Shown here piece after piece: positions 38,565-48,630 of a stretch of DNA of 64,000 nucleotides (positions are counted from its first letter, which is position 1; each line of letters starts with the position of its first letter). Below the pieces are notes generated by a model, which worked only from the letters and a program-made list of their open reading frames with translations, was not told the origin of the DNA and did no database searches. Source of the DNA: an uncultured Desulfarculus sp. (GTDB lineage: Bacteria; Desulfobacterota; Desulfarculia; Desulfarculales; Desulfarculaceae); assembly GCA_963665125.2 (NCBI GenBank), contig CAXXUK010000002.1, positions 1,088,001 to 1,152,000 of the forward strand, read 5' to 3'. The position numbers and the translations under genes are program-made.

Positions 38565-39708
38565 TCGGATTGCCGACTTCATCCGTGATTGGTATGGAAT
38601 GAAGGAAGGCATACCGCTTCATGCCCCTTCCATTACTCAAATGGACAAGGACTACGTTGCTGACGCCATCGACTCCACGTTTGTTTCCAGCGTTGGCCGT
38701 TATGTGGACGATTTTGAGAAGATTGTAGCCGAGCAGGTGGGGGTCCGCCGGGCGATCGCAGTCGTCAACGGCACCAGCGCTTTACACATGGCCCTTTTAC
38801 TGGCCGGCGTACGCCAAGGTGACGAAGTGATTATGCAACCACTTACCTTTGTGGCGACGGCCAATGCTGCGGCTTATCTTGGGGCCGAGCCGGTTTTTGT
38901 GGATGTGGACCGGTCCACGTTGGGCATGTCTCCCGAGGCACTTGAGGAATTTCTTTCCGAAAATTGTGAAAGAACAGACACCGGTGACTGCTGCGACCTC
39001 GTATCGGGCCGCCGGGTTGCTGCGGTCGTCCCGATGCACACGTTCGGCCATCCCTGCCGTATGGAGGAAATCGCGGATATATGCCAAAAATGGGGTCTGA
39101 TCCTGGTTGAGGATGCAGCCGAGGCCTTGGGTTCATACCGTAACGGAAAGGCATGCGGAAAGTATGGGCAGTCCGGCATATTCAGCTTCAACGGAAACAA
39201 AGTCGTCACCTGCGGCGGCGGTGGTGCCATCGTCACCGATGACGAGACTCTGGCGGACCGGGCCAAGCATCTGACCACAACGGCCAAATCGCCGCATCCT
39301 TGGGAGTACATTCACGACGAGGTGGGGTACAATTATCGTTTGCCCAATCTTAATGCGGCCATGGCGGTCAGTCAATTGAGCCGGTTGAACCGGATGGTGG
39401 ATGAAAAGCGCATGTTGGCTCAGGCCTACGCGTCTTTTTTCGCCGATTTCGATTCGCTTGATTTCGTGGAAGAGCCTGAAGGCTGCCGGAGTAATTATTG
39501 GCTAAACGCCATCATTTGGCACGACGCTGCCAAACGGGATGAATTTCTACGCTACACCAATGAGCGCTCAATCAGCACACGCCCCATCTGGCAGTTGATG
39601 TGTGACCTGGGCATGTATCGCCATTGCCGGCGAGGCTCCGTGGAAACGGCGCGCTGGTTGGCAGCCAGGGTCGTCAACCTCCCCAGCAGTGTTCGATTTC
39701 CCGTATAG
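38557..39708 (+). CDS. legC: LegC-family PLP aminotransferase
   Basis: IPLHAP, STFVSSVG, EDAAEALGS, SFNGNK, HDEVGYNYRLPN. Confidence 0.9.
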   Translation: MFDRIADFIRDWYGMKEGIPLHAPSITQMDKDYVADAIDSTFVSSVGRYVDDFEKIVAEQVGVRRAIAVVNGTSALHMALLLAGVRQGDEVIMQPLTFVATANAAAYLGAEPVFVDVDRSTLGMSPEALEEFLSENCERTDTGDCCDLVSGRRVAAVVPMHTFGHPCRMEEIADICQKWGLILVEDAAEALGSYRNGKACGKYGQSGIFSFNGNKVVTCGGGGAIVTDDETLADRAKHLTTTAKSPHPWEYIHDEVGYNYRLPNLNAAMAVSQLSRLNRMVDEKRMLAQAYASFFADFDSLDFVEEPEGCRSNYWLNAIIWHDAAKRDEFLRYTNERSISTRPIWQLMCDLGMYRHCRRGSVETARWLAARVVNLPSSVRFPV

Positions 39709-39718
39709 GATCCATAGC

Positions 39719-40339
39719 ATGGCGGGACGCGAAATAATCATCATTGGCGGCGGCGGCCACTATCACAGCTGTATCGACATTATTGAGCAGACCGGTGAAT
39801 TTAATATCGCCGGTGTGGTGGATGCCAACCCCGAAGGAAGAAGAGAAGTATGGGGCGTACCGATCCTGGGGGATGACGACGACCTGAGTCGCCTGCGAGA
39901 ACGGTTCGACAGCGCCTTTATCGCCATTGGTCAGATTGACAGTTGCGCTCCAAGGGTCAGGCTCTATGACCGGTTGAAGGAACTGGGCTACCAACTACCA
40001 GCGATCATCTCCCCCCACGCCTACGTCTCCTCTCACGCCATGGTCGGTGAGGGTACGATCGTGATGCACCAGGTGATTGTCAATGCCGGCGCAACTGTTG
40101 GAGCAAACTGCATCCTGAATACCAAATGCTTGATCGAACACGACGCCGAGATCGGCGATCACACCCATATTTCTACTGCGGCGATAGTCAACGGTGGGGT
40201 CCGGGTCGGCCGGCGATGTTTTCTTGGCTCCAACGCCACAGTTGTTCATGGGGTGACCCTCCCCGATGACTGGTTCGGGCGGTCTGGCAGCCTGATCGTA
40301 CGACCGGAGGATGGACGAATGGTGCCCCATGATTCATAA
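39719..40339 (+). CDS. NeuD/PglD-family sugar acetyltransferase
   Basis: IIGGGGH, IAIGQI, hexapeptide repeats, EHD; start at MAGREII. Confidence 0.9.
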   Translation: MAGREIIIIGGGGHYHSCIDIIEQTGEFNIAGVVDANPEGRREVWGVPILGDDDDLSRLRERFDSAFIAIGQIDSCAPRVRLYDRLKELGYQLPAIISPHAYVSSHAMVGEGTIVMHQVIVNAGATVGANCILNTKCLIEHDAEIGDHTHISTAAIVNGGVRVGRRCFLGSNATVVHGVTLPDDWFGRSGSLIVRPEDGRMVPHDS

Positions 40340-41387
40340 ACCGGAACATGTCATGATCATCGCCGAGGCTGGTGTGAACCATAACGGAGAAATTCCTCTG
40401 GCACTACGCCTGATAGACGTGGCGGCCGAGGCCGGGGCCGACGCGGTGAAGTTCCAGACATTCAAGGCAGAACGCATCGTTAGTGCCCAGGCGCCCAAGG
40501 CGGACTACCAGAAAAAGACCACAGACGCGGCTGAGTCTCAGGTGGATATGATCCGCCGCTTGGAATTATCCAAGGAAACCCACTATCAAATAGTGGAGCG
40601 GTGCCGCCAGCGGGGCATCCGGTTCATGTCCACGCCTTTTGACCTTCCAAGCGTGGATTTTCTGGCATCTCTGGGTATGGACGTATTCAAGGTTCCTTCA
40701 GGGGAGATTACCAACCTGCCCTTATTGCGCCGTGTCGGCAAAGCGTACGCATCTTCTGCAAGTTCTGAGCGACGGGTTATCCTATCCACGGGCATGTCCA
40801 CTCTGGGTGAAGTTGAGGCGGCCTTGGATATCCTGGCTAACGCTGGTGCTCCTTCTGACGCGGTAACCCTGCTCCATTGCACCACCGAATACCCCGCACC
40901 CATGGAGGAGGTAAACCTTTTGGCCATGCGCACTATGGGCGCAGCTTTCCCTGGAGTAAAGGTCGGTTTTTCCGATCATACTATCGGCGTCGAGGCGGCA
41001 ACCGCAGCCGTTGCCTTGGGGGCGGAAGTAATCGAGAAGCACTTCACCCTGGATCGTGAACTTCCTGGACCTGACCATAAGGCATCGTTGACACCTGATG
41101 AGCTTTTCGGCATGATATGCGCTGTGCGCAACATAGAACGAGCTATGGGTGATGGTGTTAAAAAGCCGAGCCCCAGCGAAATCAAGAACCGGGATATTGT
41201 TCGAAAGTGCATTGTGGCCGCGACGCGAATTCGCCGGGGAGATTTTTTTACAGAGGAGAACCTAACGGTCAAACGACCCGGTGATGGGATATCCCCCATG
41301 CGATGGGATGATATCCTGGGGAATGTGTCTGATCGGGATTACGAGCCGGACGAGGCCATTGGAGCAGCAGTATGGAGAGCGATATGA
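40329..41387 (+). CDS. neuB: Nonulosonic acid synthase (NeuB/LegI)
   Basis: IIAEAGVNHNG, VKFQT, STPFD, LHCTTEYP, SDHT, IEKHFTLD, C-terminal SAF domain KRPG. Confidence 0.93.
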   Translation: MIHKPEHVMIIAEAGVNHNGEIPLALRLIDVAAEAGADAVKFQTFKAERIVSAQAPKADYQKKTTDAAESQVDMIRRLELSKETHYQIVERCRQRGIRFMSTPFDLPSVDFLASLGMDVFKVPSGEITNLPLLRRVGKAYASSASSERRVILSTGMSTLGEVEAALDILANAGAPSDAVTLLHCTTEYPAPMEEVNLLAMRTMGAAFPGVKVGFSDHTIGVEAATAAVALGAEVIEKHFTLDRELPGPDHKASLTPDELFGMICAVRNIERAMGDGVKKPSPSEIKNRDIVRKCIVAATRIRRGDFFTEENLTVKRPGDGISPMRWDDILGNVSDRDYEPDEAIGAAVWRAI

Positions 41388-42268
41388 AAATCGCTTTCAT
41401 CGGAGCCGTAGACTTCAGCGCGGCGGCCCTGGAAAAAGTTATCCATGAGGGCGGCCATGTTGTAGGCGTGCTTACCAAGGAGTCATCGTCGATAAATTCG
41501 GATTTTGTCGACCTGACACCTATCTGCCTGACTCATGGTATCCCGGTGCGTTTCTGGAAGGGGGCCGCAGACAACCAGGATTGCGTCGTTTGGCTTGGGT
41601 CTCTATCTCCAGACGTCATCTTCTGCTTCGGCTGGTCTCATTTGCTTCCAGACGAGATGTTGAGGTTGTCCCCCGAAGGGGTTATCGGGTTTCATCCGGC
41701 CGCTCTTCCTCAAAATCGGGGCCGTCACCCTATAATATGGGCCTTGGCGCTGGGGCTTGAAGAGACTGCCTCCACGTTTTTTTACATAGACCGTGGCGCG
41801 GACAGCGGAGATATACTAAGCCAAGTACCGATCACTATCTCTTTCAACGATGACGCCTCCACGTTGTATGAAAAGATCACGCGCACCGCGCTGGACCAGA
41901 TTAAGGGATTTCTGCCGCTCCTTGCTGTGGGCAAGGTCGATCGTATTCCACAAGACCATGCCCTAGCCAACACATGGCGTAAACGAGGGCGGGAAGACGG
42001 TCGAATTGATTTTCGCATGACCGCAAATGCTGTTTATAACCTGGTGCGAGCTCTAACCCGGCCTTATCCCGGTGCGCACGTAGAATGGCGGGGTAGGAAT
42101 ATCTCAATTTGGAAGGCGGAGCCTGTGGAGAATTCCAACTTCAATCTGGAACCGGGATTGGTACTTTCGGTGGAAAGAAGCCGGATAACGGTGAAATGCG
42201 GAGAGGGAGCAGTACTTTTGTTGGAGCATGAATTCGGCAACGAGGTTTGCGTGGGGGATTATTTATGA
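41384..42268 (+). CDS. Sugar N-formyltransferase (FMT-like)
   Basis: FCFGWS, GFHPAALPQNRGRHPIIW, DSGDI, RALTRPYPGA. Confidence 0.88.
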   Translation: MKIAFIGAVDFSAAALEKVIHEGGHVVGVLTKESSSINSDFVDLTPICLTHGIPVRFWKGAADNQDCVVWLGSLSPDVIFCFGWSHLLPDEMLRLSPEGVIGFHPAALPQNRGRHPIIWALALGLEETASTFFYIDRGADSGDILSQVPITISFNDDASTLYEKITRTALDQIKGFLPLLAVGKVDRIPQDHALANTWRKRGREDGRIDFRMTANAVYNLVRALTRPYPGAHVEWRGRNISIWKAEPVENSNFNLEPGLVLSVERSRITVKCGEGAVLLLEHEFGNEVCVGDYL

Positions 42269-42948
42269 GTGTATCCAAATCGGGTCCCATTCTGGTCGTG
42301 GCAACCCACCCGGATGATGAGACACTTGGCTGCGGGGGAACCGTATTAAAACATAAACAGGCCGGTAAAGAGGTGTTCTGGCTCGTTGTTACCACAATTC
42401 CAGAATCCAATACCGTGTTGGCCCCGCAAAGAGAAGCCCGCAAAAGGGAGATTGAAGCAGTGGCCGCTGCTTACGGTTTTGACGGGGTTGAGCAACTCGG
42501 GCTACCCACAACCGAATTGGACCGCATCCCCTTGGGTGAGATGATGGGAATCTTTTCGAACGTTTTGTCTCGTATCAACCCGCACACGGTGTATCTGCCA
42601 TTTTCTGGAGACATTCACAGCGACCACCGGCTTACCTTCGAAACTGCATACGGGGCCCTGAAAACCTTCCGCCTGCCCTCTGTAAGGCGGGTTCTGATGA
42701 TGGAGACCATCAGCGAAACCGAGTTCGCTCCACCCTCCCCTATGAATGCCTTCGTGCCTAACGTGTTCGTTAACATTGACGAGTTTCTGGAAGAAAAAAT
42801 CAGGATCATGGGGGTGTATGCGGGTGAGATGGGTAAACGACCGTTTCCCCGTTGCCCTGAGAATATCCGAGCCCAGGCCACGTTTAGAGGCTGCACCGCT
42901 GGCTGCCGGTACGCCGAAGCTTTCATGCTGTTGAAGGAAATACAATGA
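42265..42948 (+). CDS. PIG-L/LmbE-family N-deacetylase
   Basis: HPDDETLGCGGT, DIHSDH, SETE, YAEAF. Confidence 0.9.
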   Translation: MSVSKSGPILVVATHPDDETLGCGGTVLKHKQAGKEVFWLVVTTIPESNTVLAPQREARKREIEAVAAAYGFDGVEQLGLPTTELDRIPLGEMMGIFSNVLSRINPHTVYLPFSGDIHSDHRLTFETAYGALKTFRLPSVRRVLMMETISETEFAPPSPMNAFVPNVFVNIDEFLEEKIRIMGVYAGEMGKRPFPRCPENIRAQATFRGCTAGCRYAEAFMLLKEIQ

Positions 42949-42998
42949 CCCGCGCAGGTAACATTGCACCCGGCGCTTTTGCTCAGTACGGTCCTCTC

Positions 42999-43037
42999 GA
43001 GCCCTTGATTTATATTGTGACAATATATCAAGGGCTC
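42999..43037. repeat. Long intra-operonic inverted repeat
   Basis: GAGCCCTTGA-TT-TATATTG / TGA / CAATATA-TCAAGGGCTC: 17 paired bases with a 2-nt bulge. Confidence 0.7.
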
Positions 43038-43054
43038 ATATAAGGATTAAGCTG

Positions 43055-44245
43055 ATGCGCACCATATGCATATTCACCGGGACTCGGGCCGAGTACGGGC
43101 TTTTAAAACCAGTGATGAAAGAAGTATCGGCTCGAACGGATTTGCATCTTCAAATCATGGCCAGCGGGACGCACCTTTCGCCAGAATTCGGCATGACAAT
43201 TCGGGAAATAGAAAACGACGGCCTAAAAGTAGACGAAAAGGTTGAAGTCCTATTGAGTTCCGACACTCCCATAGGTATCTGCAAATCCATGGGTCTGGGG
43301 CTCATCGGTTATTCCGAAGCCCTCGCCCGTCTGGCCCCCGACATTCTCCTAATCCTCGGCGACCGCTTCGAGGCATTCACCGTGGCCGGGGCGGCCATGG
43401 TCTCTCGCATCCCGGTGGCTCACCTGCATGGCGGCGAGGCCACTCAAGGGCTTATCGATGAACCCATGCGACATTCCATCACCAAGATGAGTCACCTGCA
43501 TTTCACCAGTTGCGAGGAGTATCGTCAGAGGGTGATTCAACTTGGTGAGCATCCTGACAGGGTCTTTAATGTGGGCGCGCTTGGGGTTGAGAATTTTCGC
43601 CAGACACCTTTGATGAGCCGGGATGAATTGGCCGAGTTCCTAGGCCGGGATGTTCCCCAGAGGCTGTTTATGGTTACGTTTCACCCGGTTACTCTCGAGG
43701 ACGCCACCGCTGGCCAACAGATGGAGGCCCTATGCCGGGCCCTGGACCATTTTCCAGAGTTCGGCGTTCTGTTTACTTATGCCAACTCGGATACGGACGG
43801 TAGGATCATAAACCGCATCATTGAGGATTACGTCGCTGATAATCCCGAACGGAGCTTTGCCTTCCCGTCCCTCGGGCTAAAGCGGTACGCCTCGTTCATG
43901 AGACTGGCCGAGGCGGTGATTGGCAATAGTTCAAGCGGCCTGATTGAGACCCCGGTCTTCAAGATACCGACTGTAAACATCGGCGATCGGCAGAAAGGCC
44001 GGGTGCGGGCCGCGAGCGTGATCGACTGCGCCGCCGAGGACGAATCCATAATCTCGGCGATTACGCACGCCATCGGCCCTGATTTCAAGGCTTCGATGGA
44101 GGGAATGGTTCACCCCCTGGCCCAGGATGACACCTCGACCAGGATCGTGGACATCCTAGCCCAAGCCGACTTGCTCGATATCCTAAAGAAAACCTTTTAC
44201 GATTGTTCCATTGACCGGAAGGAGCTTCACAATGACGGGGTATAA
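43055..44245 (+). CDS. neuC: Hydrolysing NDP-sugar 2-epimerase (NeuC/LegG)
   Basis: TGTRAEYGLL, GDRFE, HLHGGE, RHSITK, TFHPVT, GNSSSG, GDRQKGR. Confidence 0.92.
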   Translation: MRTICIFTGTRAEYGLLKPVMKEVSARTDLHLQIMASGTHLSPEFGMTIREIENDGLKVDEKVEVLLSSDTPIGICKSMGLGLIGYSEALARLAPDILLILGDRFEAFTVAGAAMVSRIPVAHLHGGEATQGLIDEPMRHSITKMSHLHFTSCEEYRQRVIQLGEHPDRVFNVGALGVENFRQTPLMSRDELAEFLGRDVPQRLFMVTFHPVTLEDATAGQQMEALCRALDHFPEFGVLFTYANSDTDGRIINRIIEDYVADNPERSFAFPSLGLKRYASFMRLAEAVIGNSSSGLIETPVFKIPTVNIGDRQKGRVRAASVIDCAAEDESIISAITHAIGPDFKASMEGMVHPLAQDDTSTRIVDILAQADLLDILKKTFYDCSIDRKELHNDGV

Positions 44246-44975
44246 GCCCGTACTGGCGATCATCCCAGCCAGGGGGGGCAGCAAGGGCGTCCCTCGAAAG
44301 AACCTGTATCCTCTTCAGGGCAGGCCATTGATCGCCTGGACCATCGAAGCCGCCAGGGCCGCCAAGACAATCGGCGCGGTGGTGGTTTCGACCGATGATG
44401 ATGAAATCGCTGCGGTGGCCCAACAAAATGGGGCCGAAGTGATCCGGAGGCCGCCGGAGTTGGCAACCGATGAGGCCATGGTCATCGACGCTGTCTTCCA
44501 TGTACTGGATACGCTTGATGAACAAGGGCGCGCCTTTGATTACTATGTCCACTTGGAACCCACCGCGCCCGAGCGAACGCCTGAGTTGATCGACCAATGC
44601 GTCACCGCCATGATCGACGGCAACTTCGACTCCGTGGCCACTTTTTCCATTCTTGATCCGCCACCAGGACGCATATGGCGGATCGAAGACCGCCGCCCCT
44701 CGGTTTTTATTCCCGACAGCAATCCGTGGCGTCGCCGCCAGGATCAAGAACCGGGGTACTATCTTAACGGAGCGGTCTACGGCGTCCGCGTTGATGCTTT
44801 GCGAGAAGATGGCGGCCCGTCCCTGATGGTCGGTGATGCCATGGCCGTGATCACGCCGGAAATTGGCGGTGATATTGATGTTCTTGACGATTTCCATCGC
44901 CTTGAATATATTCTTGAAAGAAGGAAAAATACCTCGCTTGATGATTGTCGGTGGAAGACACATGAAAAAGCTTAG
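44232..44975 (+). CDS. neuA: Acylneuraminate (nonulosonate) cytidylyltransferase
   Basis: IIPARGGSKGVPRKN, VSTD, RPPELATD, NGAVY, DID. Confidence 0.9.
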   Translation: MTGYKPVLAIIPARGGSKGVPRKNLYPLQGRPLIAWTIEAARAAKTIGAVVVSTDDDEIAAVAQQNGAEVIRRPPELATDEAMVIDAVFHVLDTLDEQGRAFDYYVHLEPTAPERTPELIDQCVTAMIDGNFDSVATFSILDPPPGRIWRIEDRRPSVFIPDSNPWRRRQDQEPGYYLNGAVYGVRVDALREDGGPSLMVGDAMAVITPEIGGDIDVLDDFHRLEYILERRKNTSLDDCRWKTHEKA

Positions 44976-45759
44976 TACATTGCAAAACCTGGAAGGTCGC
45001 GTCGCGCTGGTGGCTGGCGGGGCCGGATATCTGGGACGCCAGATATCCGAAACGCTTGCCGAACTCGGGGCTGACGTTGTGATCGCTTCCCGGGACCCAG
45101 AGAAATGTCAGGTTTGCGGGCGTGAAATCGAAGCGGCTTTCCCCGGAACGGAAAGCATGGGAACTTGTTTGGACTTGACAGACCGGGCTTCGATTGCGGA
45201 CTGTGTCCGGACGACAGAGGCCTGGAAGGGCCGAATCGACATCCTGGTGATCTGCGCATGGTCGGGAAAAAAGAACTCTTTGGAATCGATCACGGATGAC
45301 GATTGGGATTACGATATCGAAGTATGCCTTAACGGTGTCTTTCGGCTCGTCAAGGCCGGCCTGGAACCATTGAAACGTACAAAAGGCGTGGTGCTGACCA
45401 TCGGGTCCATGTATGGACATGTGGCCCCTGATTTCAAGCTCTATGAAGGGGTGCCGCAGGTGAACCCCCCCAGTTACGGAGCGGCCAAGGCCGGCGTCAT
45501 CCAGTTGACTCGCTATCTCGCCAGCTTCCTGGCCCCTCATGGGATCCGCGCCAATTGCCTCAGTCCCGGCCCCTTTCCATTTCCCGAGGTCCTCGACGAA
45601 TTTCCGGTCTTCAGGGATCGTCTGAACCAGAAGAACCCCATGGGCCGAGTGGGCCTGCCCCATGAAATAAAAGGGGCCGCAGCCCTGCTCTGCACGGATG
45701 CGTCGAGTTACATGACCGGCCAAAACATCTGTGTTGATGGCGGGTGGACAGCATGGTAG
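44962..45759 (+). CDS. SDR oxidoreductase 1 of the nonulosonate cluster
   Basis: GGAGYLG, SMYG, YGAAK, GQNICVDGGWTAW. Confidence 0.88.
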   Translation: MKKLSTLQNLEGRVALVAGGAGYLGRQISETLAELGADVVIASRDPEKCQVCGREIEAAFPGTESMGTCLDLTDRASIADCVRTTEAWKGRIDILVICAWSGKKNSLESITDDDWDYDIEVCLNGVFRLVKAGLEPLKRTKGVVLTIGSMYGHVAPDFKLYEGVPQVNPPSYGAAKAGVIQLTRYLASFLAPHGIRANCLSPGPFPFPEVLDEFPVFRDRLNQKNPMGRVGLPHEIKGAAALLCTDASSYMTGQNICVDGGWTAW

Positions 45760-46703
45760 CCCTTCGGCTTGGCATGATCGGCTTCAGCTCCGAGAACGGG
45801 CATCCCTTCTCATTCTCGGCCATTATCAATGGATATGATAGTGATGCATTTCCCCGCGAGGAGTGGGGTGTTATACTCGACTATCTTGAACGGCAGCCCC
45901 GGGAACGAATCGGCCTGGATCGTGCTCAAGTGACGCATGCCTGGTCCCAGGATCCAGAAGGGACCCGTCGCCTGGCTGCGGCCTGTCGGATTCCGAACGT
46001 TCTGGATAACGTTGCCGATATGATCGGCCAAGTCGATGGCGTGGTGATCGCCCGAGACGACGTGGATTCCCACCTGGAACTGGCGCAACCGTTTCTTGAA
46101 GCCGGGCTGACGGTCTTCGTGGACAAACCATTGACCATTAATCCGGCGGAACTGGCCTACTTTGTTCCATATCTTCGTTCCGGCCGCTTGATGAGCACAT
46201 CCGGCTTTCGTTTCGCCCGTGAACTGGATGATGTCAAGGCCAGAATCGAGCAATGGGATGAGACACGGTTGGTGCGAGCGATGGTGCTCAACGGTTGGGA
46301 AAAGTACGGCATCCATATGTTGGACGCCATGCTCTCTCTAAACGTTGGACGGCCGTTGGACGTTTCCTTTCGCCGTTTCGACCAGTATGAGAGCTATACG
46401 GTCCGTCTGGATTCAGGCGCCGTGTTCGAGTGCGACTGCCTGGGCGCGGTGGGAAAAACATTCGTTCTGCATGCTTTGGGCAGGCAGGGTCACATCGCGG
46501 TCGATCTGCACGACAATTTCAGCGCGTTCCGGCGAACAATGGCGGCCTTTATTGAGCAAGCGGTGACCGGAATCCCAGCCGTTGAGCCATCCTCGACGCT
46601 AGATTCGCTCGGAACGATAATGGCTGGAATCGAGGCTCGTTCGAGTGGTAAAAGGATAAAAATCATCGATATGCTATCGTTACCCGAGAGGCAGCCTTCA
46701 TGA
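45753..46703 (+). CDS. Gfo/Idh/MocA-like oxidoreductase
   Basis: NGHPFSFSAIING, FVDKPL, YGIH. Confidence 0.75.
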   Translation: MVALRLGMIGFSSENGHPFSFSAIINGYDSDAFPREEWGVILDYLERQPRERIGLDRAQVTHAWSQDPEGTRRLAAACRIPNVLDNVADMIGQVDGVVIARDDVDSHLELAQPFLEAGLTVFVDKPLTINPAELAYFVPYLRSGRLMSTSGFRFARELDDVKARIEQWDETRLVRAMVLNGWEKYGIHMLDAMLSLNVGRPLDVSFRRFDQYESYTVRLDSGAVFECDCLGAVGKTFVLHALGRQGHIAVDLHDNFSAFRRTMAAFIEQAVTGIPAVEPSSTLDSLGTIMAGIEARSSGKRIKIIDMLSLPERQPS

Positions 46704-47497
46704 TTTATGATTCTCTGCGGCTCGACGGTCGGGTGAGCGTGATCACCGGAGGGACCGGTCACCTGGGTCTGGCCATGGCCGACGCATTGGCCGAGGTCGG
46801 ATCGGACATTGTCCTGGTCGATATTGACGGGGACCGGACCGAGTCCCTGGCGCAGGAACTGGCCGGCCACCGTAAGGTGCGTTGTCTGGGAATCGGGTGC
46901 GACCTTGCCGACGACACCGCTACCAGAGACATTCCCCGGAAAGTGGAAGAACATTTCGGCCGCCTTGATATCCTGATCAACAACGCCGCCTTTGTCGGAA
47001 CAAGCGGACTTGATGGTTGGGCCACCTCCTTCGAAAAACAGTCCGCGGAAACATGGCGCATGGCCATGGACGTCAACCTGACTGCGGCCTTTGTACTGAC
47101 CCAGGCCTGCCGCAACCTGCTGATCGCCTCCGGCCGGGCCAGCATTATTAACGTGGCCAGCATTTATGGCGTTTTGGGGCCGGACTGGACGCTATATGAT
47201 GGTACGGAAATGGCCAACCCGGCGGCCTACGCCGCCAGCAAGGGAGGGTTGATTCAGTTCACCCGCTGGTGCGCGACAACGCTGGGGCCGGAAATCCGGG
47301 TTAATAGCATCAGTCCCGGAGGAATCAATCGCGGCCAACCGGACGCCTTTACCAAACGGTATATTTCCAAAACACCGCTCAAGCGTATGGCGGTCGAGGA
47401 TGATTTCAAGGGCGCGATAGTCTTTCTTGCCGGGGACCTATCTGCCTATATCACCGGCCAGGATTTGCTTATTGACGGCGGTTTTTCCGCTTGGTAG
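46700..47497 (+). CDS. SDR oxidoreductase 2 (PtmA/ElaC-like)
   Basis: TGGTGHLG, NNAAFVG, SIYG, YAASKGG, RVNSISPGG. Confidence 0.88.
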   Translation: MIYDSLRLDGRVSVITGGTGHLGLAMADALAEVGSDIVLVDIDGDRTESLAQELAGHRKVRCLGIGCDLADDTATRDIPRKVEEHFGRLDILINNAAFVGTSGLDGWATSFEKQSAETWRMAMDVNLTAAFVLTQACRNLLIASGRASIINVASIYGVLGPDWTLYDGTEMANPAAYAASKGGLIQFTRWCATTLGPEIRVNSISPGGINRGQPDAFTKRYISKTPLKRMAVEDDFKGAIVFLAGDLSAYITGQDLLIDGGFSAW

Positions 47498-47530
47498 GTT
47501 TTGGCCTTTCATAAGTTATGGGGGATTAAC

Positions 47531-48574
47531 GTGAACAGTCATATCCCACTTGATGGGATCGTCGTATGCGAAACGAATACCATCGCCGAGGCCTGGCAAG
47601 CCATCGGACGTGGTAAGTTCGGTATCGCCGTGGTCAATGATCAAAACGGTAGAGTCATCGGCGTTATCACTGATGGCGACATTCGGCGGGCTTTGCTTTC
47701 CGGCAAGGGTCTTGAGTCCAAGATCGCGTCCCACTACAGTCAAAAATTTACCTCCGTATCTCCCGAAACGCATCGCGACCAGGCTCTAGACATTATGCAG
47801 GCCAAGTTCATCCGTCAGTTGCCGGTCATCGACAAGGACGGGGTCCTGGTCGGCATACATACGTTACGCGACATATTGGGCGGCACTCCCAAGGACAACT
47901 GGGCCGTGATCATGGCCGGAGGCAAGGGGACGCGCCTGCGCCCCATGACGGAGAACCTTCCCAAGCCGATGATCAACGTCGCCGGCCGGCCGATCTTGGA
48001 GCGTCTGATCTTGCATCTGGTCGGCCAGGGCATAAGGCGAGTATTTATCTCGGTCAAGTATCTGTCCGAAATCATCATGGGCCATTTTTGCGACGGCAAG
48101 GGGTACGGATGCCGCATTGAGTATCTAGTCGAGGATGAACCGCTGGGAACCGGCGGCGCCTTGTCGCTCCTACCGGAAAAACCCACTCAGCCGATTCTGG
48201 TCATGAACGGCGATCTGATCATGCAGGCCAGTATTCATAACATGCTGGAACACCATGTCCAGGAAGAGCATTACGCCACTATGGGGCTGCGCCCCTACTT
48301 TCATCGGGTTCCATTCGGTTGTGTTGAATTGGGTGAGAAGGGACGTATCGTCGAGCTTGAGGAAAAACCGCTCCTCGAGAAAATGGTCAACGCTGGCGTT
48401 TATGTCCTCAGCCCGGACGCCGTGGCTACGATTCCTAAGTCATACTATCCGATCACCGAGGTGTTCACCGAGGGAATTAAACAAAATAAAACCTGCGGAA
48501 CTTATATGATTGAAAGCGACTGGCTCGACGTGGGGCAGCCTCACCAACTCGCCATCGCCCGCGGAGAGTATTAA
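47531..48574 (+). CDS. CBS-domain sugar-1-phosphate nucleotidyltransferase (PtmE-like)
   Basis: TDGDIRR CBS pair, MAGGKGTRLRP, LPKPM, EPLGTGG, VMNGD. Confidence 0.9.
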   Translation: MNSHIPLDGIVVCETNTIAEAWQAIGRGKFGIAVVNDQNGRVIGVITDGDIRRALLSGKGLESKIASHYSQKFTSVSPETHRDQALDIMQAKFIRQLPVIDKDGVLVGIHTLRDILGGTPKDNWAVIMAGGKGTRLRPMTENLPKPMINVAGRPILERLILHLVGQGIRRVFISVKYLSEIIMGHFCDGKGYGCRIEYLVEDEPLGTGGALSLLPEKPTQPILVMNGDLIMQASIHNMLEHHVQEEHYATMGLRPYFHRVPFGCVELGEKGRIVELEEKPLLEKMVNAGVYVLSPDAVATIPKSYYPITEVFTEGIKQNKTCGTYMIESDWLDVGQPHQLAIARGEY

Positions 48575-48630
48575 ACGGTGGCCATCGCTTCAATTATCGC
48601 GACATTCTTTTGCTTTGGGAAAAAATATCC

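Noticed and set aside
41384..42268. Housekeeping methionyl-tRNA formyltransferase (fmt)
   Set aside because: Embedded in a sugar pathway with no def neighbour, and it has the GRHP variant of sugar formyltransferases.
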